In this document: positions 26,500 to 31,216 of the stretch, piece after piece | Position numbering within the stretch: the stretch's first letter is position 1 | Layout of the letters: each line of letters opens with the position of its first letter | Source of the DNA: a virus | Taxonomy: Duplodnaviria > Caudoviricetes | DNA length: 31,216 bases | Direction: 5' to 3' (one strand) | IMG/VR virus record: IMGVR_UViG_3300024354_000052 | Location: 1-31,216 of that record | Made by a program: the position numbers and the translations under genes | Notes under the pieces: model-generated | What the model was told of the DNA's origin: nothing | The model's database searches: none | What the model saw: only the letters and a program-made list of their open reading frames with translations

Positions 26500-29400
26500 A
26501 TGAGCGGTGGCAAAGGCGGCACTACTACACAGTCCTCAACGGTATCGATCCCGCCTGAGGTCTTAGCTAGGTACAATGCGGTCAACGCTCGTGCCGAGCA
26601 GGTTGCTCAGCAGCCATTTACACCTTATGGTGGTCAATTCGTTGCTCCTCTTACCCAGACGCAACAGGCTGGCATTGCAAATGTGAACCAAGCAGCCGGT
26701 GCTGCGCAGCCTTACTACAGCGCTGCCGGTACTGCCCTGCTAGGCGGCGCGGCTCAGGCGCAGCCCTATTATCAGGCTGCCACGCAGGGTCTTTATGGTG
26801 GTCAAGCCGTCGCTGCTCCATTGCAGCAGGCTGCTGCAGCCAACATCTATGGCGCTCAAGCTGGCGCACAACCCTATCAGGCTCTGGCTACTGGCTATGG
26901 GTTAGCTGGCGCACGACAGGTAGCACCGGGCGGCTTGAATGTTGGCGCGTATATGTCGCCTTATACCGAAGCCGTGGCGCAGCCGACCTATCAGGCTTTG
27001 CGGCAGCAACAGGAACAAGAACGTCAGCGCATTCTCGGTGAACAAATCCGGGGTGGCGCTTTCGGCGGCGATCGCGGCAAAATCGCTCAAGCGACCCTGG
27101 CGCAGCAGCAGAACCTTGCAACCGCCCAGGCTCTTGGGAACATCTATCAACAGGGCTATGGACAGGCGCTTGGAGCAGCCCAGCAGCAACAAGGCGTTGC
27201 CTTGGCGGCTGAACAGGCCAACAGGCAGGCGCAGCAGCAGGCGGCTCAGCAGTTCCTCGGTATTGGCCAGCAGGGCTTCGGCCAAGGCATGACCGCTGCC
27301 CAGCAGCAAGCAGCGTTAGCACAGCAGCTCTATGGGCAGGGCGCCACCACGGCGCAGCAGGCGGCTGCTCTCGGTCAGGGCTTGTATGGCATCGGTGCTG
27401 GTGTCAGCCAAGGGTTGGCTGGTCTTGGCGCGGGCGCGCAACAGGCCGCTATTCAAGGCGGTCAAGCGCAGCTTGGTGCTGGTCAAATCGAACAGCAGAC
27501 CCAGCAGGCACAGAACCAAGCGCTATATAATCAGTTCCTGCAGCAGCAGGGCTACCCGTTCCAGGTTGCGCAGTTCCTGGCAAACATCGCCATGGGTACA
27601 GGTGCTTTGTCTGGTTCGACCACACAAGCGACTACCACTCAGCCCACTTCGTTCTTCTCGGATGAAAGGCTCAAACACGGCATTGAGCCCATCGGTAAGA
27701 CTTATGATGGTCAAGAGATCGTGCGGTTTAAGTACAAGGGTGAACCCGGTACTCGAATCGGCCTAGTCGCACAAGATGTCGAACATAAGCACCCAGAGGC
27801 GGTCGGTCTGGCGGGCGGATTTAAAACAGTCGATTATGAGCGCGCCACAGACGATGCAGCTAATCGTGGCCACTTTGCCCGAGGCGGTCTAGCATACCAA
27901 TCCGAAGGTGGGGCGGTTCATCCTGAGTCGGCGGGACTCGGATTCGCTGACGGCGGCGGAGCTGATTACAATCGCGCGCTAGCTGAACTTCTGACGTCGC
28001 ATCAGAACATGTTTCCGTATGGCCGACAGGGCCTGTATGGTTCTTCAAGTGGTCGCGGCGGTCCGTATGGAATAACTTTATCTAATCCACAAGCGCGACA
28101 GCTGATGCAAGCTAGACTTGTTGAAGCAAAGCCTCAGCCTTCTACTGCTCAGTCGTTGGAAAGTGGCGTAAGGTCAGCTGAAAATATTCAAAGAGCCTAT
28201 GGGGTGGGTAAGGGCTTGGGAAGTGCTGCTGAGTCAGCGCTATTCGGGTCCCCTGGCCAAGCAAATGCCACGGGTAATTTGCAGGGTCGCACCCAAGGCT
28301 TGGTGGGTGCAGGCGGCACATCGTCTCAACCCGGAGCGATAGAGTCAGGCATCAATTATCTTCGTAATCTGGTGTCGGGTTCTTCCGAGCCTAGCGCTAT
28401 GCCTGCGCCAGTCACTGTCGAAAACCTTCCTCCGATCGAGAGTGCTCGAGGTGGCGCTATTCGGCAAGGTCTTGCCGTGGGGGGTCTCCCTTATAGCGAA
28501 GCCGAAGACGAGTATGTCCCTGAGGACTTGTCTAAGCCCATTACGCCTCAGACGCTGCAGCCAGCTCAGCTTAGCCAACCGAGTAAACAAAAGAGCGGCT
28601 TCGAGAGCACTCTGGATATGGCCAAGACTGCCGCCATGATTTATGGCATGACTGGCTCTGATCGTCGGATGAAAGACAACATCGAGCCGATCGGCAAATT
28701 GTTCGATGGTCAGCAAGTGTATCGGTATAACTACAAGGGTGAGCCCGAAAAGCAAATCGGCTTAATGGCGCAGGATGTCGAGAAGAAGCACCCTGAGGCA
28801 GTCGGTTTAGTCGCTTTTACCAAGCGCCACGGGTATGAGCGGGGCGGTAATCCCGATGTGCCAGAAGAATGGCTGCCGGTTCTTGAAGGTGCCTCCCGCA
28901 GTTCTGGTATTCCATCGCATCTTCTTTCAGCCGTTGGCGCTGTCGAGAGCGATTATGGTCGTAACCCTCGTGGACGCGATAATCCGATGCAGATTATCGA
29001 AAGCACGGCCCGCGATCCTGGGTACGGCGTACAGCCACTGGCTCTGGAAGATCGAGCACGTATCGACGCAGCTATTCCGTGGGCTGCTAATTACATCGCT
29101 GCGCGTAATCCGAACGTTGACTGGTCCAATTTGAGCAGGCCAGAAATCGCTCGACGCATATCCGAAACGTACAATGCGGGCGGTGATCCCAATTACGCAG
29201 AGCGTCTTATTCGGCGTCTTCCGGGTGTGACCGAAGAAGAAATCGCAGCGGTACGCGCAGCGAATGCCCAGGGGACGTCTGGTGGCCTCGCCGGTCAGGC
29301 ACAGCCCCCCGGTTCCTACGGGGCTCCGCCTTCTTATCTCACTCAGTTAGCTGTGCGTTATCTTCAGCCGCCCCAGCGCGAAGAGCGCGATTGGATGCAG

Positions 29401-31216
29401 CGTAATCAGTCTTGGCTGGTTCCCATCCTGTCCGGGCTCGGTGCGATGGCCGCTTCGCCCAGTCGGTATCTCGGCTCGGCAGTCTTACAGGGTCTTGGAG
29501 CTGGCGCTCAAACTTATGCTGGAATGCAAGCGGGTGCCGAAGAAAGGCAGCGTATGCAGGAGCAGACCGCTGTGCAGCGTGCTCAGGCGGTCGGTCAGCT
29601 TCAACACACGAACGTGCAAGAAACGCAGCAATTGCTCGAAATGTTGCGTCAAATGCCGACCCAGTACCAGATCATTAATCGTAGAAATCCGACCACGGGT
29701 CAGATGGAAACGGTTTATCGCGACCCGGCAGGTAATATCGTTTCTACCGATGAATTCAATCGTCGTATGGCGGGCGTTGCTAACGCGGTATATGGCAGGT
29801 TAAACCTTCCGTCGCCTTATACAGCGCCAGGAACTGCCGGTACGGGTACCACTCCGCCTGCCGCTGGAGCTGCGCCTTCTGCTGCTGGTACTGCACCTCC
29901 GCCCCCCGCTGGCACAGGCGCCGCTGCCGGTGCACCTCCCGCCGCTCCGCGTGGCGGACCCGAGGGTGCTGCCGGTCCTGGGCCTGCCGTTGCGCCAACG
30001 GGTGCCGGTACGCCCGCAGCTGCAGCGTCTCCTGCCACGTTGCCTCCGCCTCAGACTCCGCAGGGCGAAACGATTCAATGGAGTCAAATCGAACCTAACG
30101 ACAACCCGTATCTTCTTGCCGACAGGATCAGGGCTCTTAATGAGGAAGCCGAATATAGGCGGGCTCAAGGGCAAGACCCATCTAACCTAGTAAATGAGGC
30201 TTTAGCCCTTACTACCAAGCGGTCAGAGATTCTTACGGGGCGCTTGCCCATGTCGAGAACCGACAGGGGTGCTCCTATCTATTATTATGCTGAGCAAGCT
30301 GCCGCACAAGCGGCAAGGCGTGCTGAACTCGAGGAAGAAGCACGCACAAGAGGTCGCATCGGCGTCGAAGAAGAAGTCGCTCCTTACGTGGACCCCACCA
30401 CGGGCGCCACGATTAGGCCGCCGTTGCGTCCGCGAGCGGCTCCGGAGGCCACAGCGCCTGCCCCTGCTACTGCACCCGCTGCTGGCCCTTCAACGGCTCC
30501 CGGAGCCGCCACGGAGCCTCCCGGCGCGGCACCCTCAGCAGCACCTACGGCGGCACCAGCACGGAATAGGGCCTCTGTAGAAAGCAATAGTACTCGGGTA
30601 AATTCGGTGATACCTCCAGCTCCACGAGGCGGTGGGTATATTACGCCTAACGTTCCAGAGGGTTCGCGCGTTTCCAGCATCGGCCCCATAGCTGAAGCTC
30701 AAATCGAACGCGATAGGGCTATGACAAGGGGCCTCAGCAGTGGCCCCGAAGTCGAAGATGCCATTACCCGTTATATGGCTATGACCCGTGCGTTGCAGCT
30801 GTTCCAATCGGGTGCTGGTGCTAACGCCACTGGCCTTGTGGCTAGGTACGCCCAGTCTCTCGGATTGGATGCCATAGCCTCCGGCATTGCTGGTGGTCAG
30901 ATATCCGCTCAGGAGTGGCTGGAGAAAGAAGGCGTCCAGACTGCTTTGGCCCAATTGGCCGCTGCTAACTCTCGCTTCGCTAATGCCGAATACCAAGTGA
31001 TTCGTACTATCGGCATGCCGGACCCCACTAAGACTCCGCAGGCCAATATGCAGGTGTTGGTTGGTGGTCTGACTCCTCTCCTTCGCGAGCGTAAGTTCCA
31101 AAACGACTGGAACGAAGCTCAGCGCAACGGGTGGACGAGCCCCTCCGCCTTCTATGACGCGTGGTCTCAGGCTAACCCGAAGGAAGTATTCCAGTCGGCG
31201 GCACGTCGCATGATCG
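26500..31216 (+). CDS. Large ejection/internal virion polyprotein, 3'-partial (>=1572 codons): Gln/Ala/Gly-rich region, S74 domain, linker, S74 domain, lytic transglycosylase, Pro/Ala linkers
   Basis: Hand translation from ATG 26500 (AAGGA RBS; MSGGKGGTTTQSS...) is open to the window end. Not in the ORF track because it has no stop. Confidence 0.9.
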   Translation, partial: MSGGKGGTTTQSSTVSIPPEVLARYNAVNARAEQVAQQPFTPYGGQFVAPLTQTQQAGIANVNQAAGAAQPYYSAAGTALLGGAAQAQPYYQAATQGLYGGQAVAAPLQQAAAANIYGAQAGAQPYQALATGYGLAGARQVAPGGLNVGAYMSPYTEAVAQPTYQALRQQQEQERQRILGEQIRGGAFGGDRGKIAQATLAQQQNLATAQALGNIYQQGYGQALGAAQQQQGVALAAEQANRQAQQQAAQQFLGIGQQGFGQGMTAAQQQAALAQQLYGQGATTAQQAAALGQGLYGIGAGVSQGLAGLGAGAQQAAIQGGQAQLGAGQIEQQTQQAQNQALYNQFLQQQGYPFQVAQFLANIAMGTGALSGSTTQATTTQPTSFFSDERLKHGIEPIGKTYDGQEIVRFKYKGEPGTRIGLVAQDVEHKHPEAVGLAGGFKTVDYERATDDAANRGHFARGGLAYQSEGGAVHPESAGLGFADGGGADYNRALAELLTSHQNMFPYGRQGLYGSSSGRGGPYGITLSNPQARQLMQARLVEAKPQPSTAQSLESGVRSAENIQRAYGVGKGLGSAAESALFGSPGQANATGNLQGRTQGLVGAGGTSSQPGAIESGINYLRNLVSGSSEPSAMPAPVTVENLPPIESARGGAIRQGLAVGGLPYSEAEDEYVPEDLSKPITPQTLQPAQLSQPSKQKSGFESTLDMAKTAAMIYGMTGSDRRMKDNIEPIGKLFDGQQVYRYNYKGEPEKQIGLMAQDVEKKHPEAVGLVAFTKRHGYERGGNPDVPEEWLPVLEGASRSSGIPSHLLSAVGAVESDYGRNPRGRDNPMQIIESTARDPGYGVQPLALEDRARIDAAIPWAANYIAARNPNVDWSNLSRPEIARRISETYNAGGDPNYAERLIRRLPGVTEEEIAAVRAANAQGTSGGLAGQAQPPGSYGAPPSYLTQLAVRYLQPPQREERDWMQRNQSWLVPILSGLGAMAASPSRYLGSAVLQGLGAGAQTYAGMQAGAEERQRMQEQTAVQRAQAVGQLQHTNVQETQQLLEMLRQMPTQYQIINRRNPTTGQMETVYRDPAGNIVSTDEFNRRMAGVANAVYGRLNLPSPYTAPGTAGTGTTPPAAGAAPSAAGTAPPPPAGTGAAAGAPPAAPRGGPEGAAGPGPAVAPTGAGTPAAAASPATLPPPQTPQGETIQWSQIEPNDNPYLLADRIRALNEEAEYRRAQGQDPSNLVNEALALTTKRSEILTGRLPMSRTDRGAPIYYYAEQAAAQAARRAELEEEARTRGRIGVEEEVAPYVDPTTGATIRPPLRPRAAPEATAPAPATAPAAGPSTAPGAATEPPGAAPSAAPTAAPARNRASVESNSTRVNSVIPPAPRGGGYITPNVPEGSRVSSIGPIAEAQIERDRAMTRGLSSGPEVEDAITRYMAMTRALQLFQSGAGANATGLVARYAQSLGLDAIASGIAGGQISAQEWLEKEGVQTALAQLAAANSRFANAEYQVIRTIGMPDPTKTPQANMQVLVGGLTPLLRERKFQNDWNEAQRNGWTSPSAFYDAWSQANPKEVFQSAARRMI
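27658..27850 (+). other. Peptidase S74/intramolecular chaperone auto-processing domain 1
   Basis: SDERLKHGIEPIG...RFKYKG...IGLVAQDVEHKHPEAV...KTVDY, with the Ser-Lys dyad motif intact. Confidence 0.85.
28657..28812 (+). other. Peptidase S74/intramolecular chaperone auto-processing domain 2 (C-terminally shortened)
   Basis: SDRRMKDNIEPIG...RYNYKG...IGLMAQDVEKKHPEAV; lacks the final VDY strand. Confidence 0.8.
28858..29220 (+). other. SLT-type lytic transglycosylase domain
   Basis: LLSAVGAVES (Glu at 28945), NPMQIIESTA (GLMQ variant), AANYI and TYNAGG (29170). Confidence 0.8.

Noticed and set aside
27658-28812. Calling the large ORF a tail fibre or endosialidase because of its S74 domains
   Set aside because: The flanking sequence is Gln/Ala-rich and helical with an SLT domain and no beta-helix or fibre repeats; its position matches ejection proteins.
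927-30689. Many long minus-strand and alternate-frame ORFs (e.g. 927..1760, 4227..5183, 6659..7588, 19704..20648, 26888..27322)
   Set aside because: They overlap well-supported plus-strand genes and are expected shadows in GC-rich coding DNA.
1-31216. tRNA/rRNA genes, integrase, transposase, alternative genetic code
   Set aside because: None recognised by eye, and the genes tile densely under the standard code.

Overview
The window is the packaging and virion-morphogenesis arm of a tailed dsDNA phage with a podovirus-like (P22/T7-type) gene order. Almost all genes are on the + strand: terS, terL, portal, an 888-aa protein with two ADP-ribosyltransferase-like domains, small basic proteins, a GroES-like co-chaperonin, scaffold, decoration protein, major capsid, adaptors, a collagen (GPT) fibre, a low-GC receptor-binding protein, a methyltransferase-GT2-TPR fusion, holin, tail nozzle and a GNAT-like protein. 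The last gene is a >1570-aa ejection-type polyprotein (26500 to window end) that the ORF track misses because it has no stop in the window. A divergent gene runs off the left end, beyond a purine-tract/inverted-repeat non-coding region. Four observations stand out. (1) A short x-x-x-G-G motif, plus an 'AIxxALxxAR' helix, recurs across several putative internal virion proteins and sits at domain borders, suggesting a tagging or processing system for injected cargo. (2) The ejection polyprotein has two internal S74-type auto-cleaving domains followed by a lytic transglycosylase. (3) The BclA-like Thr-rich collagen fibre lies near the MTase-GT2-TPR gene, suggesting phage-encoded fibre glycosylation. 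(4) There are two candidate structured 5' leaders. All assignments come from reading motifs and synteny by eye; no database search or computation was run.
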